DNA of 63,946 nucleotides, counting the filler, from Blastocystis sp. subtype 4 (taxonomy: Eukaryota), in NCBI RefSeq assembly GCF_000743755.1. It is 4 parts of 4 records of this genome, joined end to end, with 100 filler letters (N's around TTAATTAATTAA, not from the genome) between each part and the next. Parts side by side here need not be neighbours in the genome. Positions count along the whole stretch, not along the records: positions 1 to 17,863 come from NW_014569322.1; positions 17,964 to 35,686 come from NW_014569321.1; 2 more parts are not named here. The stretch is one strand, 5' to 3'. This document shows positions 13,278-27,160 of the stretch, piece after piece. The notes below the pieces were generated by a model that had not been told where the DNA came from, ran no database searches, and worked only from the letters and a program-made list of their open reading frames with translations. The position numbers were made by a program, and so were the translations under genes. Position 1 is the stretch's first letter; each line of letters opens with the position of its first letter.

Positions 13278-16200
13278 TCAAGAAGAGTTAAGGCAAATGG
13301 ATGCAAAGAATCGCTTCGCCTCTTCAGCTGTATTGATGAAATCCATTGAAACGGTCTGCTTCTCTTTCCATTGTGTGATGTATGACGTTAGCTTTTGCGA
13401 AATGGACTGAGCCAAGGATAAAACGAACGAATCATCATCATCTGTGTGTTTGTATCCAAATGCAATATCAAGCAGAATATTCACTGCATCCTCGCTATCA
13501 CCATGAAGTGAATCACAAATCTAGTCATCACATAACTCATTCAATCAAACGAAGTCTGCAAGTTTAAGAAGAAGTATATCTGAATGTATCTTATCAATCC
13601 ATGCAGAGTCATAATGCTGAATCAATGTATTTAATTTCATCTGGTCCCGTTCTGATACAATCTACGAATCACTCTCCTCCCTCACAATGACCTGCTCAAT
13701 GGACTCTTCTGTCACTGAAGCCCATAAAGAACGTTCTCCTCGTGGATTGAGTTTTCCTTTCAGAACAGTTCTCAATTCCGATAACTCACTTTGCAAGGAC
13801 ATAACTGAATCTGTCAATGATTTGACTCCAGTACAAGCTCTGTTTGCTTTCTCCAGCTCTCCAGCTACCATATTCAAACATACTTCCATGGTAGGAACAA
13901 CTTGATTGAGCATCACATCGCCCACACTCGTCACAATTGTAGTATCAAGACACTTCTCCAATTGATTTGGAATAACCTTGTTAGGTCTCTGAGCTGTGAC
14001 TCCTTTGAGAGTTCGATTGATCATCTTCGTCTGATCAGTAACATGATTCACAGCCAGTCTTGAAAAACTGTGGGACTTTGAGGATACCGAATTCAACTTG
14101 GTCTATTCATAAGAGAGAGATTTCCTTGCCTACAGAAAGCGTGTCTTTAGTACTTCGAATCTGATTGTTATAAGTCTTGATCATATGTGAGAGTTTCTCC
14201 ATAACTTCATTTGAATTCAATTCCAATCGATTCATTGCTTGTTGTTCAGATTGCAAAAGAGGTCGACTGAGATAGACTTTCTGTTTTGAATATTGTTCTG
14301 ATTTGGGTTGAAGAGGAGGAGAAATGACTTTGTTGGAATTCTGTGAAACAGTTAATGTGTTTATCCAGGATGGGACTTCAGTTACCATGGGTTTGGATTC
14401 CTTGATGGCCGTTGTTGGTTGTGTAGCTGGTTTAAAGACAGGTTTATGAAGTGGTTCCACTGATTTCACAGGCACAGGCACAGGATTAGAAATCGATTTA
14501 GACGTAGATTTCATTCCTGACTTAGGAACTTTTGGAGTATTAGATTTTTCAGCAATTGGTGATGATTTGGTTGATTTTGAAGTAGGGAAATTAAGAACAG
14601 GAGTAGGAATTTCATCCAGAACGTTCAATTGTAATGAATCAGCAAAACATCGAGGTTGGATTCGAGTAACAGCTGGAGCCTCATCTGGATTTGTTTCTGG
14701 TCGTTCCAATGACCAATCATTGAAGAGATCCTTAGTAGATAGGACACCCTCCACTTGAGATTTCTCCATCTCCTTCTCTCCAGTTTGTGGAGATGTCCCT
14801 TCTGTTGGTATTCTCTCAGAAAGATGAGATTCCACAGTGACTGGCTTACAAATTGATTTGGGTTCAATGGGTTCTGGATGAGAAGAAGGAACATTAGAGA
14901 CATTCATATACTTCATTAGTGAGTGAGTCAAGATTCGATCATCCACACTTTTAGCAACTTTCTCCAAATGAGGTCCATGTTTTGCCATTCCACGCCGTAA
15001 GACACTTGCTGGAATCAGAGGAACCTCTTTGGCTACTGGTGTCGGTTCTTCTGACTCAACTTTCCTTGAATGTCTGTAAAGAGACTCCAAATTCCGTGGA
15101 GGAGAGCGAGAACGATGAGGACGATATGGCTTCGGACTTCGATTCACATACTCCTTCAACTCCACATCTGAACTAGCTAACGAAGCACTGGAATCACTCT
15201 GAGAATGAAGATCATCTTCAGACTCAAAGAATGAATCCATAGGTGTGTGGACTTCATCTTGAGTAGGTGATGGAGGTGTTACAGCGAGTGAGCCATCATG
15301 AGAATCCAGCATATCCTCCAATACAATAGGTTCTTCAACTAGTCCTTGAGTGACAGGAATCTCCGTATCAACTCGTGGCTGAGGTACTTCTGATTCTTCA
15401 GGATTCTCAGAGAACTGATCTTCAAATACAAGTTTCTCTGACTCCATTCCAGTATCATCACTACTATCACTATCCTTATCACATCGAATCGAAATTGACC
15501 CTTGAAGACTGTTAATATCTTCATAGCCATCTGTTTCATCATCAACTACTTCAGGCATAGAATCAACTTCACCATAATTAAATTCATCTTCACCGAAGAT
15601 ACTTCCACTATATCCAGTACGCATTGAAGCTTGAGGAACAAGAGAATCAGCAAATAACGAAGTACAGTTACTATAAGTATCATCATCATACTTCAATTCA
15701 GGTTGTTGCTCCTTCTCGTGTTCTTCTTGGATAGAACTCTTTCCCTCTCTCTCTTCCTTTTCGGTGAATTGGTTACTCTCTTCATCAGATTCCTTAATGG
15801 CCTCTTCACTCTCTGACACTGTTCCCTTACCTTCCTTTTCATGCATTGCTTTTTCCTTCTCATCACCTTCCATCTCTTCTTCTGATTCCTCCTTTCCATC
15901 CTCCTTGTCTTCATTCTCCACAAATTCAGCTTCCTTCTCCGAACTTTCCTCCTCAACTCCATCATTCATCTGCCTCAGTTCCTTTCCCGAGATACTACCA
16001 ACAGAAACATGACATCCATCAGCAGCCTGGTACAGAACTACAATCAAATAGGACATTCAATCCTACTCTTTCTATTTAATCCGTCATGCACAAAGAGACT
16101 TGTTGGGATAATGTTTAATTCAATTTCAATTACTTTGATATCTGTTTCAGTACACTTGACAAGCAAGAGAGAAGGATCACCTTTTGACCAGACACAGAAA

Positions 16201-17069
16201 CGCCCTTCTGATAAAGGGAAGAGAGCAATATTGGATGGATCAATAGAGGATACATGATGAATGAGCAGTTCAGAGAATTCATCAGATTGATATCGGAGTA
16301 CATAAAAGGAGGTACTGCTGTCAGTATCTCCACTGGAAATCTTTATCAGATATACCTCACCAGAAAAACCAGGGATTACGCGCATAAAAGAAAACAATGG
16401 ATTAGAGTACATAGTGTTGTTTTGAACACAAATCTGAAATTAAAGAAGAAATGTAAATGTACAGAGTGGGTTGATACGATCATGTCAATCGTATCCTCTG
16501 GAACTACAACACCTACAATAGATTCATAATTCAGAGGGTCAGAATAATCAAAAACAGTTGTTATATCTGTAACTAAAAACTGTTCATATGAAAACGTCTC
16601 GCCAGTAAGTTGGGAAAGCTCCACCATAGTGACAAGATTATCTTTACATAATATCATTCGAGATGGAATCGAATTTGAAAAGAAGACTGAGTCAACAGGA
16701 CAATCGCTTATAAAAAGACAAGAACTCATCTAGAGATGATTCATCCCACAATATAGGTACACTAATATCCTCAATTTGGATATGAAATACTTCCAGAGAA
16801 GGATTCTCATATAAAACAGCAATATATTCAGAAGATACAAAAACCGAGTGTACTTTGTCTCTGCAGATTTTCCAAATCTGACCCATGGGTGTTGAAACAG
16901 TCAACACAATGTCATCTTTCACAAAATAGAATAGATCTCCAATTTTATGAATGAGACGGATTGATCCATCAAAATCTACCTCTTGAATGGAATTGAATTC
17001 AACATTCGCTATACATCCAGAACCAATCGAATACTCTCCAGTGATGGTAGTAGAATTAATAGAGTCCAT
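13278..17069 (-). CDS. Large protein with beta-rich N-terminus, acidic/Ser-Pro disordered middle and helical C-terminus; possibly a divergent Edc4/Ge-1 decapping scaffold
   Basis: Colinear ORFs 16692-17084, 16376-16729, 16044-16412, 14107-16056, 13662-14096 and 13278-13484. The domain order and the VVPTMEVCL / VLSLAQSI segments only loosely recall Edc4. Confidence 0.45.
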
Positions 17070-17749
17070 AACAACTGGTTTCAATAGTGCAGCAACAAGA
17101 AATACTAAGATTCAAGAAATACTCTAGATTTTGGGAATGCCAGAAGAGGGATTAATTCTAATCAGATTGCAGATCTCACTATTCACTAGCTAAAACGACT
17201 ATTTTATTATGGAATAAGAATAAACAATAACAGAATTGCAATTCGGTTTGAGGACATTTGTGGCGATGATTCAGTAACTGAATCTCCAGAAGTTGGGTTT
17301 GCTATATAGTTCTCTGTATGATATTTGCTTGGAAAAAAGTCTGAATGATCGTCTTTATCATGCTATAACACGATAAATATTGTCAAATTCATTATTCTCA
17401 TTCTATTGGTAATACGATATGGTTTGCAGCCTAAAAAAGCAATCCGAATCCAAATAGCATTCATCCTCTTGTAATACAACCATTATTAGTTGTAACTGTT
17501 CCATTTATTGCTGTACTTTCGTGTAGGCGAAGGCCCTTTCACATCTCAACAACAGGAATAATGGAAACAGCTCACTTCCTCTGAGTTGGTATCAAATTAT
17601 GAATCTTTTCAAGAAATAACTTTGACCAGTGAGTAAAGGAGAAGTAAAATTGTCCAGTGATAAGTTGTCTAGCATGTCCATATCTATCAAGAGGATGCTT
17701 CACTGGAACCACACTACTCAATAGTTGTCATCAATTCCTTCTTCTATAA

Positions 17750-17863
<114 letters not shown>

Positions 17864-17963
17864 NNNNNNNNNNNNNNNNNNNNNNNNNNNNNNNNNNNNN
17901 NNNNNNNTTAATTAATTAANNNNNNNNNNNNNNNNNNNNNNNNNNNNNNNNNNNNNNNNNNNN
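17864..17963. other. Artificial contig linker (44 N + TTAATTAATTAA + 44 N)
   Basis: Identical 100-bp structure occurs three times. The 12-mer gives stops in all six frames. Confidence 0.97.
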
Positions 17964-18212
17964 CACTTTGATCAACGCATTCTTTCGAGCCACTTTGGCT
18001 CCTTTCTCTTCATACTCAGCTCGACTCACACAAGCCGAATAGAATTCATTCTATTCATCAATCCATTCTATCAACACATACCTGAGAAGCCACATAACTT
18101 CCTCCTAACCAACTTGCAATCTCTCGTTTCTTTTATTACCAGTTCTATTCAATTCTTTATTTAATGTAGAATGTGGCACCTGTCCATTCAAATCCTTAGC
18201 AGTTGAATACAT
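17964..18212 (-). pseudogene. Arp3-like C-terminal fragment, 5'-truncated
   Basis: KREIASWLGGSYVASQ|NEFYSACVSRAEYEEKGAKVARKNALIKV with a 31-nt intron (18051-18081). In-frame TAA TAA lies just upstream and there is no room for the rest of the gene. Confidence 0.65.
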
Positions 18213-18394
18213 GGATGAATACCAGTTACTATGAATAACCGCGATTCATTTTTGAATTTAAAAGAACAGTTAGTAACCTCTACTTTTATTCTTTTAACCA
18301 GACTTTTGAATTGGAAGTCTATATTCTGAAAGTCTTTGTAGTTTTGGGGACCAATAGTATGAATGAAGTAATGAATGATTATCCTCTGTAGATA

Positions 18395-20685
18395 ATGCCA
18401 ACAAAGGGTTCAATTTTGCATAACCTTACTACTGGATTGATGGATACTTTCATCCATATTAATCAAGTTGGATTCTGGAGTTGTTGTGATACTTAGGAGT
18501 ATTACTTTCATAATCGGATCCAATCGAATGCTAAGAGGAAGCAGGCGTACTAGTTAGTTCTGGGTATATTATGTGTAGGCAAAGTGAAGTAGCACATAGT
18601 GCCTATTATGAGTATCACACAGATGAGTGTTTGAATAACCGTTATTATATTAAATCAAGTATTGGCAAAGTGTGTTTCTAGTTGAGTAGTTACTTATAGG
18701 GTTCTTTCAGTGAGGTTGTTCTTGCTTGGGATAAGGTTTCGGAGAAGCAGGTAGCAATTAAGATTATCCGTAGTGGTGATCTCTTTCTCCAGCAGGTTGA
18801 ATTGTTATATAATTGTTACATATAGTCACAAATTGAAATACAGTTGTATGAGCTTCTCCAAAAGAGTGTTGATCCTGATCGTCAGTATATTGTGCAATTA
18901 CTGGATATATCCTCATAAGAATATCATATAAGATTCTTAACAGTTACTTCTTTATGTACAATGGTCATCGTTGTTTAGTATTTGAGCAGTTACATTATAA
19001 TCTATTTGATATTCTTCGTTTTAATAATTTTAGTGGTATTCATATTCGTCATGTACAGCGTATTGCATATCAGGTGCGTTTCATTGTTATGATTTCATTA
19101 TAGCTTTTTCATGCCCTTCGTTATATTCATAATGAAACTAATCGTATTATTCATTGTGATGTGAAACCAGAGAATATATTACTGACTGAACACAATGGAT
19201 GTGACATTAAACTAATTGATTTTGGTAGTTCCAGTCATTCTGGTTCTTGCTTTTTTTCGTATATTCAAAGTCGTTATTATCGTGCTCCCGAAGTCATTTT
19301 GGGTCTTCCATACACATCATCGATTGATATGTGGAGTGTGGCTTGTGTCTTGGTAATTATACTTATTCAAGTTCATTATAGTTTGAAATGTGTACCGGAT
19401 ATCCACTATTTCGAGGAAGGAATGAATTAGAGCAAATTACACTGATTAGTAGTTTGTTAGGTCCACCTCCTATATCCATGTTGATTGTGAGATTGAATAT
19501 TATGACTGATTGTTAGAATGGTAAGAAAGTTGATGATTTTTATCTACGGACTCGAGTGCGTGAAGATGGTCATAGTCGGTTTATTCTTCGTGTAACTTTG
19601 AAAGTGAGAGGAGTAATTCATAGCGAAGTCCACAAATGATTCCTGAATCGATGTTCAATATACCTGACTCTCTGCTAACTCGTGTGGATTCTACTTCCGA
19701 AGAATATGAGTATTATTACGAATTGGTACAATTACTTCGACAGTTGTTGGTATGGGAAGGAGACTATCGTCCAACAGCGGAGCAAGCGCTGAATTCTGCC
19801 TTTTTTAAGGTTGGAGATCCGTCTTTGAATCCTTTCCCCAGTGCAGCATCTGCTGTGTTGGTTCAGAGTCAGCCTGTAGTTAACACAGAGCGTTCTTGTG
19901 AATCTCTTTCGGCTTGTATGCAACAAGAAAGTGTTCCTGCCAGAGTGTTGCATTGTTCTCCTATAAATACTCAACTTTCCGTGAGTCCAATACGACCAAA
20001 GACTTCTTATGCTGTGATGAAGCCACATCGGATATCTCCCATTGAGGTGTCTCCACCTACCTATGAGCATCGTATATCTCGATCCATGGTTAGCACTCGA
20101 ACAGTCTCTCCATATGTGAATCATAAACATCGTCGGATACAAACTACACCCTTGAGTGTGAAGGATACATTCCTCATTCATACACCAATTCAAATATCAG
20201 AAGGGTCAAGTATTTCTGATGTATTTTCACCTGATTTGGTACATTCTACTACCCAAAGTATACCTATGGAAGCTGCTAAGACAAGTCATCCTGCTATTAC
20301 TCATTTGTTTTCTCCTCAGCCATTTCAGATGCATTTTCAACATACGCTCTCGGCTGAGGATTATCGTACTCCTACTCCTTCGACTCTTGCGCTGTTAAGA
20401 GAAGGGCAGTTACCTCAGCCACCAGTTTTTCAAGAAAAGGAAGTTGATGTATCTCCGAAACCTCCTCTCATTTCGCATCCTCCTTCTTTTGATGAAATTG
20501 GCTCAACACGTTGTGATCAGTTTATGAAGCAGATTGCATCTCCGATGCAGATTCCTCTTCCCTCCTTGTTTAGTGAGCAGTCAAAGTTTTTATCAACTCC
20601 TTTTTCGGAACCTTGTGTAACACCTGACTTAAATCCGTCTTGTAGTAGTGTCACTCGTTCTAAGCAAATAGCTGTTAAGAAGTAA
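18395..20685 (+). CDS. DYRK1-like dual-specificity kinase
   Basis: [20 protein letters not shown] (DYRK1 N-terminal motif), [48 protein letters not shown], and a Ser/Pro-rich tail. Confidence 0.9.
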
Positions 20686-20700
20686 CATTGTCTCTTTGTT

Positions 20701-20708
20701 AACAAACA
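20701..20708 (-). terminator. TGTTTGTT polyadenylation-associated motif (representative; also 132+, 9861-, 37740+, 38374-, 43039-, 46991-, 51257-, 63852-)
   Basis: The exact motif is found just downstream of, or overlapping, the 3' end of many genes, always on the gene's own strand. Confidence 0.9.
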
Positions 20709-20712
20709 TGTA

Positions 20713-23700
20713 ACACTAAAAGACCTTGTTTAGTCAAATGAACTGCATGAGCATGATTCCACCAATAATAGAAACCACGCCAACACAACACAACAAAGAA
20801 TAGAACACATAGAATACTAGCAACAATCCATGCAATCAGATGATTTTCACGCAATATGATCTCACCATCAACAGAAATCTTTATTCCTTCAGGAAAGGTT
20901 TCTGGACAATGTTGATACACCGTCTCCGTCAGTTTTGTTCGCAACCCATTCATACAACTCCAAATACGCTTTCGTTCGCTATTCTCCACATTGACTCGAA
21001 GATATGTCTTTACCCCAAAAAGTGCGTCATTTGCCGCAGCTGCAAAAAACACGGCAATCTTCTCATGGATTCTGCATTCATGTTCCAACGTTCTCATTAC
21101 AACTCGCTGAACTTGGGAATTCCATAAATAGAGGCTGCAATTGGTTAGATGTAACTCCATGTCAATGAACACATAACCATAAGCAGGAGTTACACTCACA
21201 CATCCACTCCTATCAACACTATCCCAGACTGCCTTCCCATTCACCTTCCTACAAAGCCGCTTCTGACCTCCGATGAGTTTTCCTACACAGACAGCCAAAG
21301 CCATCTGATTGGCAGGTGTTTGCGGCCATACGTCATCAGACTCACAATACACAGGTTCCTCTCGATAGAAAGCCACTTCAGCCAGTTGAACAGAAACTCC
21401 TCCTATGATCGAATCCACTTGAAGACGATAGGCAGGATATGGTACAGAGTTCGAGAATGATAAGGAAACACGAGCATATGGCCCTTCAAAGATGGTAGTT
21501 GAAGAGTGGGTTAGAAGAGAGACTTCAGATGAATCCTTCCTAATACCCATCACACGAATTGTTTGAGGTACTTCCCACCACCAGTACTCTCCTATTTGAA
21601 GGTCCACACGATTCATTACATGCTCAGTTGGTAACGATACTTCAACCCACACTGGAAATAAAGAATCCATCCAAGAGGAAGAACCATCACCATCAACCAC
21701 AGCCAATGCATCGTGTTGTGGAATCACTGTATGATTGCTTCCTCTGACTTGAGAGTCTGAGCGGAAGATCTCATCACTCAACACACATAGCACTTCCAGA
21801 TCAAATACCACCGTAGTAGACTCAACAACATTGACACGATGAAGCTCCACAGCGATCAAAGGATGCGAAGAATGAATAGGCACCAACTCATCAACCCACT
21901 GTGGCTTCTCATACATTGCTGTTGCTAATGTGCTGTGATATACAGGTCCCTCAGGCATATTCACACGGAAAGACTCGGTTCCATCCACATAAATGATAAT
22001 TCCTTCCTTCAACAGCGCTGCAATACGAATGTAGTGTGGAGAGACACATTGACGAAGAGGGAGTTCACGTCGGAAGTATACAGTAGCAATTCCCGCGGGA
22101 ATTATTCCCCAAGAATCCCGCTTTCCAATCTTCCAATCAGTATCATTGAATGAGGGTAGGGTCCAGGAAGAAGGAGGAATCAATGTGGTAACAAGGAAGA
22201 GGAGACTAGAGTGTTCGGTCAATTCCAGTTCTAGAGACAAATCATACTCCACTTGCTTCAGAGTAGGAGGTACGGAGTAGGAGGCAATATATCGCTCCGA
22301 ACAGTCCCGAATCACCAAGTCACTGTTAGCTACCCATCCTCGATCATTCACACTAAGGAGTCGTACTGTATATTGACCTGCAGAGAGACAGAAGAGGTCA
22401 ACGAAGACACCTCCACGACACACAGCAGAATAAAGGAGTTGATTGTCCTGCAGAATCATAATCTGTTCTCCTTTAAGAGAAAACTGACGTTTGAACAAAT
22501 ACATTGTGCTTTCAGGAGGACATTTACCAACATATACTTCAATCGTCACCTCACATGTTCCCACAGGATTATGTGTCTTGACCGAATAAACAAATGTCCC
22601 CTGAAAAGGGAACCTTCCTCTCAGCTGCAGTCGTTCCTGATCGAATTGAACTGATGGTGGTAGGAGAGGTGAGAACTCCACTGGGAAGAAAGCCCCTTCA
22701 ATGGGGAATGCAATCTCAATAGGACAGTTGGGCAAAGTGTAGAAGACAGTTCGATTGAGAAGGATTCGTGGTGGTGATTGAATAGAAAGATCGAGACTTG
22801 TTGTTTGTTCGTGTCCATAGAGATATGGTCCATACAAAAGACGCAAGCCATCTTCACGAATCAAAGCAAGGTCACAAATAGAACCTTGGGTACAATTGAA
22901 GGAGAATGTGTATTTGGATGGAGAAAGACATAGAACCATTTCATACATTCCACTATTAACAAACCCTGTATACAAGATAGTATCATTCTCCGTCACCTGA
23001 GCAAGACCTTGACCTCCTGCTAACCATGAGTATACTAATGGACCCTTCTCACAACCAATCACTTCAAGAGTCAACTGACAACGAGTCATTCCGATATCAT
23101 TAAATGCAGTCACCTCATACTCAGTTGGAGGTATCTGAATCGATGGTCGTCCTTCAATGGTCAGATTTATCTGATTGAATGATAATCCTTTAGGAAGGGA
23201 AGGACGAATGGTGAATGATGACACTCGACCTATCCAGTGTACCGATAGAGTTGGAATCAGTTCATATTGACGTACTGTCAATCGTGTAACATTGTTACCA
23301 CAAGGATTCTCCAACCACAAGGATTGAGGAACTGACATGATCTGAACATCAAGGAGAAGTCGTGTAGTGACTGGATTCCGAACACTGTTGGCTGTGATTG
23401 TGTATTCTCGTTGTAGTGTATATTCAGTTGGAGTACCAAAAAGTATACCATTTCCAATCTCCAGACCCTTAGGTAAACTAGGAAAGATCGTATATGAAGT
23501 TGGAGAGATAGGTCCAAATAGTATCGGACTCTTTGGAGAAAGTGGCACATTTTGATAGAGACGGATTTGAGGTATATCATACATGAGTGCGTCTGAAGGG
23601 ACGAATGAGTATGTAATTGCATTCTGAGATAATTTGTTGGAACTATGTTGAACTGTCATATTCCCATGATTCATTGATTCACAATATTCGAATTCTACCT

Positions 23701-25513
23701 CAATTCCGAAAGGACCTCCATGAGAGAAGTATTCTAACTGAAAGCGAACATAACCACTAGAAGGCATCGCGAATGGAATTCGAGTTTTCTGATCCTCTTC
23801 CACACAGATCCATTTCTCAAAAACCAGAATCTCATTGATCCAGACACGAATACCATCGCGATGTGTAATGTAAATGATATGATAACCTTGATCACCATTC
23901 AGATATCCACTCCAACGAACAAATAACCGCGGAAATAACTCTTCAGGCATTCCTAACCACACAGTATTTCTAGGTATCAAGAAGTATCAATGAATTAACC
24001 CTGCTTGAATACAATGAGTGATAGATTTATCAATCATCATTGCTACACGAGTCAATGATGACTTAGGAAATACCGAAGTCGAACACATGTCCACACTCGG
24101 ATCAACTGCCATATACTCCACCATAAGTCCTGTTGGCCACTTAGTATCACATACCATATAGAATTCTGTTTGAATGTATCCTCCAAAAGAATAGCAGGTG
24201 ATGGTGTAATGATGATAGACCGAGTACTAGAAGTAAGAAGGAACAGTCATAAGTACGGAGAGAGTTCCTGAAAGAGAGCCATCCTGATTGAATTGTATAG
24301 ATCCAGGGAGTGAGGGAGAGATCTTATAAGAATCGCACATTTCACCACTAACATGTGGAATATCTCCAAGGAAAAAACGATCAACCAGCAAAAGAGCATT
24401 TGGATACGACAAAGTACTTGGTATAACACCTCCTTGTCTCAATACATTTGCATTCAAAGGAATCCAGACAGTTGTTCCTTGGAGTCGATACCACAGAGCA
24501 AAGGATGACGAAGTCTCTTTCACTTCTCGTATCACTCGTAACCATTGTTCACCCGATTCTAGATACTTCTCAAACGTATTACAATGAGTAAGATTATCGT
24601 ATTGTAAGTCTGCGAAGATCGGTTGACTTGGATCTGCCAAATAGATTCGCAGTACATGAGTAAAGAGAACATGAAAGTCATACACTCCTGTCTCATTCAC
24701 TACAAAATATCCCGTGATCAACAATCCTCCTGGATAAGTGTCTTGCAATAATGAATCTTCTTGAAGCGGTGAGAGTGTGTCTATTTTTGAACAAATAACC
24801 GCGGGAGTTTTCATATACCATTCTAACGGCAGTGGAAAATACGAGGGGATTTGATAAGCGCAGGCGGAAAGACCATAAAGTAGAGATGAAGCTAAGGGAG
24901 ATAACAAGCTTGTTCACATACCTGTGTAGAATACTTGAAACGAAGTCTGAATCCTGCCATAACTATTTCGAATATCCAGAACATAGGTTTCGAGTATTGA
25001 TCCACCCGTATAAACGCCAGAAAGAACGCGAGTAACAGGATCGATCCAAAGACCTGAAGGAAGAGATGGAGTAACAGAAATAGTATCCACCTCTGCATCA
25101 GTAAAAATATGAATAGGAGAAAAAGTTTGGTTGATAGGAATGTAACCCCTTGTAAAACCAACCGAAGCTTTATATAAATTGGTAGTCACTAAATATGAAA
25201 GCAAAAAAAGAAACAACCTGCTAACCAAAACGACCCATTAGCTTTATCTGTTGAGATAAAGTATTGCATCAAGGGAGATTCCAATGTAGGAGTACCGGTA
25301 ATTGTATCATTGAAGTAAAGAAGACCCACTGGTAGAGAAGGATGAATATGAACCTCATCTCCCTGTGTATCACAAACCCGTATTGAAGTCAATCGGAATC
25401 TGGTGATATAAAGGTAGCTCTGGCTGCAAGACAGAAATGTCCCTGCAACAACTAAAATTAATTAGAAGAAACGAAACGGGACTTTGCAGAGCTAATAACA
25501 ATGCTACTAGCAT
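20713..25513 (-). CDS. Large type-I membrane surface protein with PA14-like domains, putative Ig-like (xxPxLPxGL) repeats and carbohydrate-binding-like modules
   Basis: Signal-like start MLVALLLALQ. Repeated I.P.LP.GL....G.I.GTP units, PA14-like VRWSGYL..DGIRVWIN..FQLEYF, and C-terminal TM IAWIVASILCVLFFVVLCW. ORFs 24227-25588 splice into 20699-23980. Confidence 0.8.
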
Positions 25514-25853
25514 CAATAAGCAATTCTCCTTCTCTTGAACAAAAAGGAGTGTGACGCAGTTTCCACGTTTCTCGCTTATACAACACATTATCGTTCTGAT
25601 TATTATCCTTATTCCTGTTGTTTTGTGGATTGATTTGATAGAGCGAAACAGATAATGGATCGTTCTTAGATGGTGGTAATCATTCTTTTTATTTTAATAA
25701 CATAATGATCAAATCTTATATTGCAATTATTTTGATCACCAGTTTGAACATCCTTCCTCCAATTCTCTCTGATCGGATTTCCACTGCGGTTCGATACATA
25801 TTCAGAGTCCATAAACCCAATTACGCTCATTCCTTAAAGTCACATCATCAGTA

Positions 25854-27130
25854 ATGAACTCAGAGGTGATTGGAGAGACAGGCGAACTGAAGAAAGTCGA
25901 TAGATTCGGATTCTTTGAAAATGATATTGTGCGCAGTATCGCTTCTTTCGAATGTATTCCTGTAGAGCCGAGTTATGATGTAAAACTGGAAAATCAGAGA
26001 CTCAAGAAATGGTTAGAAATGCTCAAGAATTGGAAAGTGTAAGAGTATCCATTTTCTGTGAGTATCCTAGTTATTGCACAGAAAAGCCCAACATCATTCA
26101 GAGAAGGATTCGTAAAGGCATTCCTGATGCCCTTCGTGGTCGTGTATGGAGTTTGTTACTTTCGGCTGATGTGTGTTCCGATATTTACAGTCGTATGGAT
26201 CTGTTGGATTGTGAAAGAATAGAGTATTATGAAGATCTCTTGACTAACCATATTGCGGATGAAAACAATGATTTCACACGAAAAGGAGGTGTAATCGATA
26301 GAGATATCAATCGAACGTATCCCTTACATGAAACGTTTGCAGAGAATAAGGGAAAAGGGCAGGAGACCTTACGGCGTGTTCTTTTGGCATTTGCAGACCA
26401 TGACAAAGAAGTAGGTGATTTAAATACATGGTATTCCCTAGATTAAGTACACACAGGGGATGAATTATCTTGTCGGTCTTCTTTTGATTTATATGACAGA
26501 AGAAGAGGCATTTTGGGCACTTTGCCAGTTGATGGATAATTCCCCTTTCCTAATGAATCAGTGGTTCAATCAAGATTTGGTAATGGTTCATACTAGTTAC
26601 TACCAAGTTTGTGATGGTGATAAAATTGAATTTGTAGATGGATAAGCTGCTAGATAAATACTTGCCTGAAATCGGTTCTTATTTAAAAGAAATCAATATC
26701 TCTCCCATGATGTATACAACGGAAGTGGTCTTTTGCAATCAGACTCAGGTATAGTGGTTCATGTGTGTCTACTCCCGATCCTTCCCTTATGATGTCGTAG
26801 TGAGGATATGGGATATATTTTTGGCAGAAGGATGGACTATTGTATATCAAGTGGCTTTGGCCTTATTGAAGTTATATGAGAGTAAAGAGTGAAACTATTG
26901 AATGAAGTACAGAAGATATACTTGGAAAAGAGTTTGAAGAGGTTCATAGTCTCATTAGTAACATTAATCACAGTGTATGAATGAAACATGAAAATGATTC
27001 ATAGGAGAACCTACCTTCTGCTGATGTGATTATTAAGACTGCTCTATCGTTTCCAGTGACTAATGAGGAATTGGAGTTATTGCGCAAGGAATTTGCAAGA
27101 ACCAGAATGACAAAAGTGAGTTCTATCTAA
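25854..27130 (+). CDS. TBC-domain Rab GTPase-activating protein
   Basis: VDRFGF, IRKGIPDALRGRVW, IDRDINRTYP (Arg finger), YTQGMNY (Gln finger), EEEAFW, VVRIWDIFLAEG. Confidence 0.93.
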
Positions 27131-27160
27131 TGGTGGTACATTTGTTTTTTGATTGAAACC

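Noticed and set aside
17864..17963. TTAATTAATTAA palindrome flanked by Ns, three times (also 35687 and 53434)
   Set aside because: It is a synthetic six-frame-stop linker used to join contigs and is not biological.
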